A DNA stretch of 64,000 nt from a virus. The DNA is taken from the IMG/VR virus record IMGVR_UViG_3300037419_000871. One strand, given 5' to 3'. Below the pieces are notes generated by a model that searched no databases, was not told where the DNA came from, and was given only the letters and a program-made list of their open reading frames with translations. The translations under genes and the position numbers were made by a program. Of this stretch, positions 1 through 8,985 are shown piece after piece (within the stretch, counting starts at the first letter, position 1; every line of letters starts with the position of its first letter).

Positions 1-379
1 GCGAGAAGAACGTCAGGACGCTGGAAGGCTCGCTACGGGAGATCGCGCGCAAGGGCGGGCCGCAGGATTTGTGTCAGGCGGCGCAACTGACCTCGTGGGC
101 CGTGCCAACGACGCGGGATCACAAGGACGGATCGAGCATCGGGACGGTCGAGACGAACGGCCTGCTGGGTCGGCAGGTATGGCTTTCTTCTCCGACGCCG
201 ACTGGATCCTCTGCACAGACGGAAAAGCCAGGCCAATTGAACCCGGCACATTCCCGTTGGCTCATGGACAGCCCAACCGCGTGGGACGACTGCGCGCCTA
301 CGGCAACGCGATGCACCGCGCGAAAATCACACAATTCATCCTCGCGGCCGACGAAGCAATCAGGAGCGCAGCAGAATGA
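1..379 (+). CDS. C-terminal part of phage C5 cytosine DNA methyltransferase (5' truncated by window edge)
   Basis: Frame 2 open from base 2; [25 protein letters not shown] followed by motif-X-like [11 protein letters not shown]. Confidence 0.8.
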   Translation, partial: REERQDAGRLATGDRAQGRAAGFVSGGATDLVGRANDAGSQGRIEHRDGRDERPAGSAGMAFFSDADWILCTDGKARPIEPGTFPLAHGQPNRVGRLRAYGNAMHRAKITQFILAADEAIRSAAE

Positions 380-383
380 CTGA
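3..383 (+). CDS. Alternative-frame ORF nested in the C5 MTase (motif IX-like beta polypeptide), 5' truncated
   Basis: Frame 3 open from base 3: [44 protein letters not shown]. Confidence 0.6.
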   Translation, partial: EKNVRTLEGSLREIARKGGPQDLCQAAQLTSWAVPTTRDHKDGSSIGTVETNGLLGRQVWLSSPTPTGSSAQTEKPGQLNPAHSRWLMDSPTAWDDCAPTATRCTARKSHNSSSRPTKQSGAQQND

Positions 384-1233
384 CCCTCGCGAGTTCAATC
401 GGCCGGCGGATCGGCTTGAACAAGTCTTGAAGGTCGCGTCTAGCGCGCGCCGCAACGGCAAGGATATGAATGTCTGGGCCGACGATGTGAAGGCCATGCA
501 GGATGCAGTCACCGCCCTCCGCACGGCAGCCGCAGCGTCAAGCGCTGGGCCGGTGAAGGTGAAGGTGCTCAATTGGCAACACGACGGCAATCAGTCGTAT
601 GCCTATTGTGACGTGACCGAGACGCGCTGGACGGCGAGAAATACGCAGGAGCGAAAAGCCGCCGAAGCTCGACGTGAAGCGCGCATCCTATCCGCCCTCA
701 TCCCCGAGCCCGCAAAGGCCGGTGACGCGGTGCTGCTGCGGGAGGCGTTGGTGAACGGCGCTCATTATCTCGGCGCGATTAGGCAGCGCCTTGAGCAGTT
801 GTACGAAGAACATCCTGAAAATCCTCGTTTGCGAGAACAGGTGTCGGACGAGGTCGATTTCATCGACGGATTGTTTGAATCCCTCTCCACGGCGCAACCC
901 GACACCGCCGCGCAAGGCGGCAAGCAATCTGACGGCGGCGTGGAAGGACACGCCGAATTTGCAAGCGGCGGAAAAAGCCGCGCAATGGAAGCGACTGATC
1001 ATCGTGAAAGTTGCGCGGAAACTCTCGGTGACCCCGAAGCGCTATGCAGCAATTCGCCTGAGGCCACAGGAGCCGGTATCAAGCCCGGCCCGTCAGACCC
1101 CACCCCATCGCGCCCGGAGGTGAGCGTGGCTGAACTCGCGTATTGGTTTGCTTACGAGATGCCAGTAGACGAGAGTTCGTCGGACAAAGCCCGCGCCCTG
1201 AAGGCCAAGTATCACATGGAGGGACGGGAGTGA
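376..1233 (+). CDS. hypothetical phage protein
   Basis: 285 aa ORF, ATGA-coupled to upstream gene. Confidence 0.7.
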   Translation: MTDPREFNRPADRLEQVLKVASSARRNGKDMNVWADDVKAMQDAVTALRTAAAASSAGPVKVKVLNWQHDGNQSYAYCDVTETRWTARNTQERKAAEARREARILSALIPEPAKAGDAVLLREALVNGAHYLGAIRQRLEQLYEEHPENPRLREQVSDEVDFIDGLFESLSTAQPDTAAQGGKQSDGGVEGHAEFASGGKSRAMEATDHRESCAETLGDPEALCSNSPEATGAGIKPGPSDPTPSRPEVSVAELAYWFAYEMPVDESSSDKARALKAKYHMEGRE

Positions 1234-1556
1234 CGGCTGTGCCGAAATTCACCTCTGGACCATGGGAAGCTCACCCCGCGCCCTACGGCTATGACATTTG
1301 GGCGAACACTCCACAGCCGTACCGCAAGTGGGTCGCCCCCGTCCAGCGCTTGGCAAACCCGCATCAAGAGTTGTTTTCCGGCTCGATCTATGAGGATGCC
1401 GAGACAACGAGGGCGAATGCCATGTTGATGGCCGCCGCGCCCGATCTCTTCGAGGTCGCGCAACTGATCCTCGACACCGCGACCATTGAAACACCACCCG
1501 GCCTTCTAGCAGCGGCAGAAGTGGCCATCTCCAGAGCAACGGACCCCCGCCCATGA
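1230..1556 (+). CDS. hypothetical phage protein (GPW...ANAMLMAAAPDL type)
   Basis: GTG at 1230 overlapping upstream stop, GGAGGG RBS; TSGPW and ANAxLxAAAPDL motifs common in phage early proteins. Confidence 0.75.
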   Translation: MTAVPKFTSGPWEAHPAPYGYDIWANTPQPYRKWVAPVQRLANPHQELFSGSIYEDAETTRANAMLMAAAPDLFEVAQLILDTATIETPPGLLAAAEVAISRATDPRP

Positions 1557-2050
1557 CAAACATCAAGGATGCGCTGGAACCGTTCGCGCGTATTCCGCTC
1601 GCACACACTGACGACATCGACGATAGCGCCAATGTCTTTGAATACGAAGGCGGGGCGATCCATCTTGGCGACCTGCGTAGGGTACACCAAGCCCTCTCCC
1701 AACTCACCGCCAGCCCTGACCGCGAGAAGGTGGCGGCGGGGATTGCCGCGTTGCTTATAAGTGAGGTGCCATCGCTGGGCTCCTTTGGGGCGAAACAGAT
1801 CACGGATCGCATCCTCTCCACCATTGCCCTGGATGAAGCGGCGATCCGCGCCGACGCTTCCTGCCTCGACTTCTTCGAAAAGAACCAAGACATGGAGTTG
1901 TCCTGCACATGGGACGACACCGACAAGCCATGGCAGGTCCACAGCGTAACCGGAGGAAGGAATGACCGCGAATGGAAACTGGTGGGCGATGGTGCGACGC
2001 CGCGCGAAGCCATCGCCGCCGCCATTCGCTCACAGGAGGCGGGAAGATGA
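1553..2050 (+). CDS. hypothetical phage protein
   Basis: 165 aa, coupled start and stop overlaps. Confidence 0.7.
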   Translation: MTNIKDALEPFARIPLAHTDDIDDSANVFEYEGGAIHLGDLRRVHQALSQLTASPDREKVAAGIAALLISEVPSLGSFGAKQITDRILSTIALDEAAIRADASCLDFFEKNQDMELSCTWDDTDKPWQVHSVTGGRNDREWKLVGDGATPREAIAAAIRSQEAGR

Positions 2051-2391
2051 AGCTGACAGAAAATGATATCGCTGCGCTTTGTGGTGGCAAGAAAGCCGCT
2101 CGGAGGTCCGCACGTCGGCCCCAGAGGAACGACCTCCATCGATCGAAGATTCTCCTGTTGCTGAGAATGATCGAAGCCGCGGATGGCTATATCGACGCGT
2201 CCGACGATCCTCATTCGCTGCTGACCTATTTTTGCGATGATCGAGGGTTAGAGACAGATACCTTCAATCTTGCGATCAAAGAGGGACTGATCCGAACAAC
2301 TCACGACGACATTTTTGAAACATCGCGAGCATTCATCACCGACCTGGGCCGCGCTGCACTAGAGAAAGGGCAAGCCGATGCAGTGGATTGA
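2047..2391 (+). CDS. hypothetical protein (possible C-terminal winged helix)
   Basis: ATG 2047 after GGAGG; ends ITDLGRAAL. Confidence 0.6.
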   Translation: MKLTENDIAALCGGKKAARRSARRPQRNDLHRSKILLLLRMIEAADGYIDASDDPHSLLTYFCDDRGLETDTFNLAIKEGLIRTTHDDIFETSRAFITDLGRAALEKGQADAVD

Positions 2392-2614
2392 TCTCGACGT
2401 TGGTGACGATTGCTGGTGCTACGTTGGCAACCACAAAGGCAAGAAAAGTAAGGGAACGATTATCGCTATCGTGCGTCTTCCGGGTTACGCCAAGCCGCAT
2501 TACATCGTTGAGATACCAACGAGCGTTGATCCCCTGCTGGAAGTGCGCGACGGATTCTCAATCAGCGACAGCGAGAAGAAGCATATCGGCTTTCTTCGGA
2601 GGGCAGGCCGATGA
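2378..2614 (+). CDS. hypothetical protein (SH3-like beta fold possible)
   Basis: 78 aa ORF in operon. Confidence 0.6.
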   Translation: MQWIDLDVGDDCWCYVGNHKGKKSKGTIIAIVRLPGYAKPHYIVEIPTSVDPLLEVRDGFSISDSEKKHIGFLRRAGR

Positions 2615-3124
2615 GCGCGGATTTGATGGACCGCCTCCGTCAAGACGCCGAGATGCTTCAAGACGGACCGCAGAGCAACCTTACGAAGCTATGGCACAGC
2701 GAAGTCGTCAAAGACGCCGCGAAGGATTGCAAAGAAGCCGCCGCGCGCATCGAAGCGTTGGAGGCGCTTGCCGCCGAGCGCCTTGAGAATTACCGAAAAG
2801 GAATTTCGGTAGTCCGCGACCTCAACATGCGGCACAAGGCGGAAGTCGAAGCGTTGGAGGCGGAGAACGCGAGGCTGCGGGCCGCAACCGATCGTATCGC
2901 TCGCGTTGATGACAGTCAACGCAAAACAACTCAGAACGTCAATCGAGAACAACGCCGTGCTCAACACGCGCGCCGAGAAGGCAGAGAGCGCGTTGGCCGA
3001 GGCGGTCGGCCACCTCCGTAAATGGGTTGGATGGTGTGAAGATTGGGCGTCGGGGAAGTCACACCCGGCTGACGATCTAAAGGCCGCCCGCGCATTTGTT
3101 CAGCAACACGAGGGGAAGAAGTAG
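2611..3124 (+). CDS. coiled-coil hypothetical protein(s): ORFs 2611-3021 and 2906-3124, possibly one frameshifted gene
   Basis: ARIEALEA / AENARLRAA coiled coil in frame 1 continued by RAEKAESALAEA in frame 2. Confidence 0.5.
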
Positions 3125-3304
3125 ATGATTGGCTGGGTCGCATTCATTCTCGCGATGATGGCAATCGGCGGTAATCCGTCGCAAACGAAGATGGATCAAA
3201 TCGACGCGCGTATCACTCGGCTCGAACGGCAGAAATGCACAATGATTGCCGTGAGCACACCCTCCGGTAACAAGACAATCTGCGCGTTGGATTTCCAGCC
3301 ATGA
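3125..3304 (+). CDS. small membrane/secreted hypothetical protein (59 aa)
   Basis: MIGWVAFILAMMAIGG hydrophobic N-terminus; read by hand, below track cutoff. Confidence 0.55.
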   Translation: MIGWVAFILAMMAIGGNPSQTKMDQIDARITRLERQKCTMIAVSTPSGNKTICALDFQP

Positions 3305-3702
3305 CGCACCAACGCGCAATCGAGGCCGGGGCGAGGGCTGATGCGCTGTTCGACGGTCGCACTTGGCTGGCGATGCCGAAATCTGAACGCGCTCGCTATC
3401 TTGAGCGGTCGCGCAATCACCTCACCGCCCTCGCTGCGGAAGGGCTCGTCGTGGTGCCGAAGGAGCCGACAGAGGCGATGTGGGGCGGATTAGCGCGTGA
3501 TCTAGTCATGTGGAATCGCGGCTTGCCAAACCAGTACGGCAGCACGCTTTACAAGCACCTTCGCGCATGTGGTCGAGAAATTCCCGATTGGCTACTGGCT
3601 GAGATACCAGACATCGATCACACGCCGCCGAAGGGAACGGTTGCGGTCTGCATCTACCGCGCCATGATCGCAGCCGCTCCTCCTGTCTCGGAGGGGAAGT
3701 GA
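3301..3702 (+). CDS. hypothetical phage protein
   Basis: VVPKEPTEAM...YRAMIAAAP motif typical of phage early proteins. Confidence 0.7.
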   Translation: MTHQRAIEAGARADALFDGRTWLAMPKSERARYLERSRNHLTALAAEGLVVVPKEPTEAMWGGLARDLVMWNRGLPNQYGSTLYKHLRACGREIPDWLLAEIPDIDHTPPKGTVAVCIYRAMIAAAPPVSEGK

Positions 3703-3855
3703 ATGGCGCGCTTTGCTGCTGTCCTCATTGGCTTAGTGTTTTCGAACTTCGCCTATCAGTATTTCACCGGTCAAAATTGGCCGCTCGCAATTGATCGTTC
3801 GATGTTCCAATTCACGGCGGTCGCGGTATGTGCGCTATTGACGCGCACCTCATGA
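3703..3855 (+). CDS. small membrane protein (50 aa)
   Basis: Two hydrophobic stretches, GGAGGGG RBS, coupled to next ORF. Confidence 0.5.
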   Translation: MARFAAVLIGLVFSNFAYQYFTGQNWPLAIDRSMFQFTAVAVCALLTRTS

Positions 3856-4124
3856 CCACATCCCCCTCACTCGTAAAGGCTGGGCCGATGGACGACGATC
3901 ATCTGCGCCATATATGCAAGCTCGCGTCGATTGCGGTTGGCGGACTTCGTGACCGCGAGGACTGGCTAACGTATGTGCGCGATTGCAGCGACTCCGAACT
4001 GGTCGATCATCATACGTGTCTGTCGATCCTATCGAAGGCATTTGTCGAGCTGATGAACCGAGCCGACATGAAACCAAAGTTCAGCTACCCCGCCGCCACC
4101 CCCAAGACGGAGGTGGGGAAGTGA
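3852..4124 (+). CDS. hypothetical protein
   Basis: ATGA-coupled ORF ending before Xis. Confidence 0.6.
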   Translation: MTTSPSLVKAGPMDDDHLRHICKLASIAVGGLRDREDWLTYVRDCSDSELVDHHTCLSILSKAFVELMNRADMKPKFSYPAATPKTEVGK

Positions 4125-4456
4125 GCCACGCGAATGATAATGGAGCGGCGAATGATAACGTGCCGTCGCTCGGCAACGTCTATACGCTAAACGAGGCGGC
4201 GGCCAAGTTGCACATGAGCCGACGCGCCCTTCAGGACACGATTAAGAGGCTCCCATTCTACGCCAAGAATGGTAGGGTCTATCTCTTTTCGGATAGTGAC
4301 ATTTTGGCGATTTGGAACGGCATGCGATGCGACTCTACCTCTGCCGCAGAAGCCCTAAAGGAAACTGGTACATCCGCGGGACGGACGCGGAAGGCGCGCC
4401 CATCTTCGAATCTACGAAAACAACTCGCCGAGATATTGCAGAAGCGCAGCGCATAA
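4121..4456 (+). CDS. xis: excisionase-like helix-turn-helix protein
   Basis: YTLNEAAAKLHMSRRALQD MerR/Xis-type HTH, GRVYLF wing; directly upstream of integrase. Confidence 0.75.
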   Translation: MSHANDNGAANDNVPSLGNVYTLNEAAAKLHMSRRALQDTIKRLPFYAKNGRVYLFSDSDILAIWNGMRCDSTSAAEALKETGTSAGRTRKARPSSNLRKQLAEILQKRSA

Positions 4457-5475
4457 AACTTGAGGAGCGCCTGCTTGGCGAATCCGTTCACGGCAAGAAG
4501 CCATTCGTTACGTTTGGCGAAGCGGCTATTTCGTATCTGGCGTCTGGCGGCAAGCACCGCTTCCTAGCTAATGCCAAGACACAAGAGCCTGTTGGGCCAT
4601 TCCTGAAGTTCGAGGCAAGCCCACTGAAGAAAATCACCCAATCCGACCTGGACCGCGCTGCGGCTGAGGCATATCCCAGCGCGCGCCCAGACACACGCAA
4701 CAGGCAATTCTACACACCGTTTGTGGCTGTCTGGAATCACGCCGTTGGCAACGATTGGGCTGACTACCGCAAATGGAAGCGGCCCAAGAAGCCGAGGGGG
4801 ACGAACGTAGCCGTTCTGGCGCCCACCCGTGCGGGCAATAAGCCCGTGGCATACGAACACGCCTCTAAGTTCGTCCTCGCCATGTCGCCCGCTAATGCGA
4901 TCGTGATGACTATCCTGTTCTATACTGGCATGCGTCCTATCGAGCTATTCAGCCTGGATTGTGCAGACGTTGACGTTAAGGGCCGCTGGATCACCATCAA
5001 GTCGTCCAAGACTGGAGAGCCTCGCGGCGTGCCGATGCATAGGGTGCTGGTGCCACTTATGGCCGCGCTAAAGAAGCGAGGTGGCAAGCTGGTGCGCCAG
5101 TGGAACGGGAGTCCATTCGTCGTCCGCGAATCCATCGGCGGTCAGATGAAGAAGGCTATTGCGGGCGCACGCAAGCGAAGCGGCATCAAGGACGTGTCGC
5201 CCTACACCGCCCGCCACACGGTCTCGACGCAACTCGTGGTCAATGGTGTGCATCCGCACATCAAGGACCAAATCCTGGGCCACGCCGTTGATGACATGAG
5301 CCGGCACTATACCGACGTGCCCCGCAAGGAACTGATCGCGGCGATCGATACGCTACCTACGGTTAAGGCGTGGGCTGGGGCGCCGTGGATGAAAGATCCT
5401 GTTGGGCTAACTGGCACGTATGCCGGGGTTGATTGGGTGCACGGAAGCGGAACTAGGAAGAGGAAACGGGGATGA
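4327..5475 (+). CDS. int: tyrosine recombinase / phage integrase
   Basis: LFYTGMRPIEL (R), SKTGEPR (K), YTARHT (HxxR), LGH, RHY catalytic Tyr. Confidence 0.95.
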   Translation: MRLYLCRRSPKGNWYIRGTDAEGAPIFESTKTTRRDIAEAQRIKLEERLLGESVHGKKPFVTFGEAAISYLASGGKHRFLANAKTQEPVGPFLKFEASPLKKITQSDLDRAAAEAYPSARPDTRNRQFYTPFVAVWNHAVGNDWADYRKWKRPKKPRGTNVAVLAPTRAGNKPVAYEHASKFVLAMSPANAIVMTILFYTGMRPIELFSLDCADVDVKGRWITIKSSKTGEPRGVPMHRVLVPLMAALKKRGGKLVRQWNGSPFVVRESIGGQMKKAIAGARKRSGIKDVSPYTARHTVSTQLVVNGVHPHIKDQILGHAVDDMSRHYTDVPRKELIAAIDTLPTVKAWAGAPWMKDPVGLTGTYAGVDWVHGSGTRKRKRG

Positions 5476-5780
5476 GCGATTGGCGCGAAAGGTCCAATAA
5501 GAGACGCGACGAGCGTCAAACTAAGGTTCCTGTGATCCGAGCGCCTAGCGCATCCAAGAAAGACACAAAGAAGTGGTGCCGCGGTAAGGCTGGAGTTGAA
5601 CACAAACCAGTCTGCATGACGCATGATGAATGGGAAAATCGCTCTCAATCATCGGCATGGTCGAAGGATTGGCGAGTGCTTGTGTGCGAGGATTGCGGCA
5701 AGCAGCTCGATTATTGGTGGCCAGTACCATTTATGAAAGGCGCCGCTCCGCCCGCATGGCTCACAACAGACCCTAAATAA
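5472..5780 (+). CDS. hypothetical protein with putative Zn-binding Cys/His residues
   Basis: WCRGK, HKPVC, CEDC; 102 aa. Confidence 0.6.
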   Translation: MSDWRERSNKRRDERQTKVPVIRAPSASKKDTKKWCRGKAGVEHKPVCMTHDEWENRSQSSAWSKDWRVLVCEDCGKQLDYWWPVPFMKGAAPPAWLTTDPK

Positions 5781-5814
5781 TCTGTGCAAATTCTGTGCAG
5801 CGCATTCATAAAAC

Positions 5815-5846
5815 GCAAAAAACCCGCTGTTTATGCGGGTTTCTTT
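5815..5846 (+). terminator. Rho-independent (possibly bidirectional) terminator
   Basis: AAAAAACCCGC-tgttta-tGCGGGTTTCTTT hairpin with flanking A/T runs. Confidence 0.65.
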
Positions 5847-5858
5847 ATATGGGCCACA

Positions 5859-5906
5859 CCCTTCACACGGGAGAGGTCGTTGGTTCAAGCCCAACTGTGC
5901 CCACCA
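5859..5906 (+). mobile_element. attP: attP core = 3' half of tRNA-Val(CAC)
   Basis: CCCTTCACACGGGAGAGGTCGTTGGTTCAAGCCCAACTGTGCCCACCA: anticodon loop CAC, T-arm GTTGG/CCAAC, CCA end; no 5' half upstream; adjacent to integrase. Confidence 0.88.
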
Positions 5907-6052
5907 ACTAAGTCATTGAAACAATTACATCATTACATTTGCAGGCAAAGCTAGACCGCGCGTCAGTGTGCGGTACGGAGCACGAACATGTGTGCAAATC
6001 TGTACAAACGGTGTGCAGTCTGTTCTTGATGTGTTCTTGGGGAGAAAATGAC

Positions 6053-6613
6053 GTGAAGCACGATAACGACAACAAGAAATCTATCGCTATAGATATCCCC
6101 CATATGACGCAAAGTGACGCCGATCGGTTCTGGAGCCTGGTTTCAGTCGAGGCGACAAATGAGTGTTGGCTATGGACCGGAGCGGCGAACGCCAATGGCT
6201 ATGGGAGATTTCGCATAGGGGAAAGTCTGTATTCGCCCCATCGAGTCGCACACAGTCTCGCCAATGGTGACATCCAGAATGTAGACGAATTCCATGGCAC
6301 GGTCGTCCGACACAAGTGCGATAACCCGCCATGCTGCAACCCGGCACACCTTGAGACGGGCAGACAGATCGATAACGTTGCCGACATGAAAGAACGTGGA
6401 AGAGATGACAGCGCTCGCGGCGAGGCATCCGGAAAAGCAAAGCTCACGGAGGATATGGTCCGCTTTATCCGCGAAAGCCAACTGTCCAGCAGAAAGTTGG
6501 CTGCGGAATTGGGTATTGTTTCGGACGGCACCATTCGTCAGATTCGCCGCGGTGAGCGTTGGGCGCACATTGCCGCGAATGACAACGGGAGCAAGAAAGA
6601 CAGGGCCGCCTAA
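6053..6613 (+). CDS. HNH homing endonuclease with C-terminal HTH
   Basis: RFWSLV, CWLWTG, GYG, HRVA, VRHKCDNPPCCNPAHLETG..IDN. Confidence 0.9.
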   Translation: MKHDNDNKKSIAIDIPHMTQSDADRFWSLVSVEATNECWLWTGAANANGYGRFRIGESLYSPHRVAHSLANGDIQNVDEFHGTVVRHKCDNPPCCNPAHLETGRQIDNVADMKERGRDDSARGEASGKAKLTEDMVRFIRESQLSSRKLAAELGIVSDGTIRQIRRGERWAHIAANDNGSKKDRAA

Positions 6614-6614
6614 T

Positions 6615-6650
6615 GAAAAACCCGCCCCAACTTTCGCTGGAGCGGGTTCT
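6615..6650. terminator. bidirectional terminator hairpin
   Basis: AAAAACCCGCCCCAAC-TTTC-GCTGGAGCGGGTTCT; minus-strand loop GAAA followed by T run. Confidence 0.65.
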
Positions 6651-7211
6651 GTCTTGCGGGCCGGGTTAGGACGTTGCCCAATGCCATGCAGAGCTTGGGG
6701 TCGTACCGGCCGGTGCTGACTTCACCGCATAGGCGCCTGCATAAAGCGCCGCCGCAAGATTCTCCCAGCCGCTCCCCGGGTCGACCGTACTCGTCCCTTA
6801 CGGACCGGCCCGGTCTGGGCGCTCGCGCGGACCCGCTAGACTTGCATCTAGCCTGATGTTTACCCACCGCAGGGCGTATGTGCGGTGCATCTTTCTGGCC
6901 TATCCGCATGCCCGCCGCGTTGTGTGGCGGGCGAGGGAGATAAACCAGAAAGAAACTGGAGCCGCATACCACGCCATGCGCACGCCGGCCTGTCCTGCAG
7001 ACCCGGTAATGGGGGACGCGCGCGCATTAAGAATCGGCGCTGTCACGCTCTACCTGGAGCCGCCACTATCGAGGCGGCATGAAAAACGTTCACTCGTTGT
7101 GAATTTTACGCGCTACAGCGCATAACCGTGAATTATGCGCTGTCTCGTATACGCTTCATATCTGGCGCATATGACGCGCCAACGTATCATTTATGGTTCA
7201 TTGCTGCGCCG

Positions 7212-7463
7212 CTACGCGGCGGCAGCAATGTCCGAAGAATGTAGGCTAGTTTCGGACGCCTCAACTTGCGTAGAGGCGGGCCAACAAGGCAGGCATGGTG
7301 CCAACTCCCTGATGTGATCGACAAGATACCCCGCGCCCCTCCGCGCCTCCGCCGCGTCAACCAATGACCTGATTCTGGCAAGAGCCTTTGGAGCGCTAAG
7401 GCCGATGTGCTCGTAGTCATTCGGCTTGCGTCGTATTGCCTTCTCGGCACTCCACTTCATCAT
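7212..7463 (-). CDS. hypothetical protein
   Basis: Coupled to upstream ORF; ATG at 7463 or 7460. Confidence 0.45.
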   Translation of the reverse strand: MMKWSAEKAIRRKPNDYEHIGLSAPKALARIRSLVDAAEARRGAGYLVDHIRELAPCLPCWPASTQVEASETSLHSSDIAAAA

Positions 7464-7807
7464 CACGATGCCTCCATCATCAATTCTTCCGCGCACCCGC
7501 GCCGATAGTTCGCCCAAGGGTCTTCGCGAAGCGAAGTAAAGATGTAATCGCGGCTCGTTTCGTCCTCGGAGTCGTATTTTTCAACTAGCGTGTGCTCCGG
7601 GTCATCGCGCAAAACATGATATGCGGGAGTTTCCATACCTGCGGCTTCCGCCTCGTCCATCAGAGCGATAAAGCGGTTCTGCCAATCAACCGGCAGGGCC
7701 TCCAGCGCCAGACGCGGCATAACAAAGTATGATGAATACGAAAGCCCGAACCACCCATGCAGCGGGCTTTCAACATAGGTGCCGTTTTGCTCTTGATGCA
7801 TCATCAC
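7463..7807 (-). CDS. hypothetical phage protein
   Basis: 114 aa, HGWFGLSYSSY...PWANYRRG. Confidence 0.7.
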   Translation of the reverse strand: MMMHQEQNGTYVESPLHGWFGLSYSSYFVMPRLALEALPVDWQNRFIALMDEAEAAGMETPAYHVLRDDPEHTLVEKYDSEDETSRDYIFTSLREDPWANYRRGCAEELMMEAS

Positions 7808-8319
7808 GCCGCCGCTCCTACGCTAGTTGGCGCGGCTACAGCACGTTGCTCCCTCATCCAAGCCACCGCCCCAGCCAGATAGTTGATCGCCCCAAGGCAC
7901 TCCGCCTCGGCCGCACCGAGCTCACCCCGCTCAATCATGCCGGCCGCCTCACCCGCCTTCTTGATGGCCTGCCCCAAGGGGAAGCCCGGGCCAACCAGGC
8001 GGGTTGTCTCGAGCATAGGCTGGTCATCAAACGGCAGATCCCGCGCGTGGCGCTCCTTGCCCTTGCCGGTTGCGGCATGGGCAAATGCGGCGTCGAGGAT
8101 GGTGCGGAGGGTGGTGTATGGGTCGCGCGGGCAATGCCACGTACCATGCACGTCCATATGACCGTTACTATTGGTCGCCTCCGGCTGGCCAATAGTCGGG
8201 TGCCATTCGGAGGTAGGCAACACTTCGCAAGGCGCGGTGTCTTGTGCCGAAGCAATGCGGGCCGCGATTTCTTCTTTAGCCGTAGCGCGCAGCGCCATCT
8301 CTCTTGTCGGGTATCCCAC
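7804..8319 (-). CDS. conserved hypothetical phage protein (GKGKERHA family)
   Basis: AAFAHAATGKGKERHA...GQAIKKA...LGAINYLAG. Confidence 0.75.
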   Translation of the reverse strand: MGYPTREMALRATAKEEIAARIASAQDTAPCEVLPTSEWHPTIGQPEATNSNGHMDVHGTWHCPRDPYTTLRTILDAAFAHAATGKGKERHARDLPFDDQPMLETTRLVGPGFPLGQAIKKAGEAAGMIERGELGAAEAECLGAINYLAGAVAWMREQRAVAAPTSVGAAA

Positions 8320-8603
8320 TAAACCGCCTCCATCTCTTTCTTGCTTTCATCCGCCACCAACGGCCGGAACCGCCACGACGCAAACGGCTTTTCAAAGTCC
8401 ACAATCTTGTCACCAACCTGATAAGGCAGGCGGTCGTTTTTGATTTCCATAAGCAGCAAACCTTCCACGCCGAAGTGGTCAATCACCACGTCGCGCACGG
8501 TGTAGGTGCTGTTTAATGTTGGCATTACCTCGTCGCCGTAGCCAAGCAGGCCGAGGTTGTCAGTTGAGATGCAGACGACGGGTTGATTGTGGGTGAAGGT
8601 CAT
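8319..8603 (-). CDS. hypothetical protein
   Basis: 94 aa, FASWRFRPL. Confidence 0.65.
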   Translation of the reverse strand: MTFTHNQPVVCISTDNLGLLGYGDEVMPTLNSTYTVRDVVIDHFGVEGLLLMEIKNDRLPYQVGDKIVDFEKPFASWRFRPLVADESKKEMEAV

Positions 8604-8767
8604 ACATCAACCTCGTTATTGGCTAGTGCGGCGGCTTGTTGCTCTGGTGTAAGGGTGGCGAAGAAACCGGAAGGCACCACTTTGCCATTCTTAACAGTTA
8701 GCAAGGCGCGTGGCTCGTCGTCATCCGCGGCGATGCGGAAACTATTCGCTTCAACGGTCTCAGCCAT
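8600..8767 (-). CDS. small hypothetical protein (55 aa)
   Basis: Read by hand; coupled on both sides. Confidence 0.55.
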   Translation of the reverse strand: MAETVEANSFRIAADDDEPRALLTVKNGKVVPSGFFATLTPEQQAAALANNEVDV

Positions 8768-8982
8768 CACGCTGCCTCCGCAACTTGCGAAGCGGAGGGG
8801 GGTAGAGACTCTAGGCGGATAGCGTCTTCCTCGTAGGCTTCGACTGACACCATTCGCCGATGCGCGAGGGCATCAAATGCGTAGCGACGCATATCCATGA
8901 TGGCCGACAACGCAAGCCCCTTCCAGGTTTGGATTTCATCGGCATCGTCTTCAAATGGGATTTCTTCGAATGTCATTTCCAC
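8767..8982 (-). CDS. hypothetical protein
   Basis: GGAGG RBS, 71 aa acidic. Confidence 0.6.
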   Translation of the reverse strand: MEMTFEEIPFEDDADEIQTWKGLALSAIMDMRRYAFDALAHRRMVSVEAYEEDAIRLESLPPSASQVAEAA

Positions 8983-8985
8983 CTC

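Larger units (their letters stand above)
5783..6018 (+). repeat. putative integrase arm-type sites (TGTGCA repeats) flanking attP core
   Basis: TGTGCAAA 5783, TGTGCAG 5794, TGTGCAAA 5991, TGTACAAA 6001, TGTGCAG 6012. Confidence 0.65.

Noticed and set aside
1249-2214. 321-aa minus-strand ORF
   Set aside because: Opposite a tightly coupled plus-strand operon; composition not protein-like
6760-6860. Hammerhead ribozyme (GTCCGTAAGGGAC-GA resembles stem II)
   Set aside because: CUGAUGA and GAAA core not present in the right order on either strand
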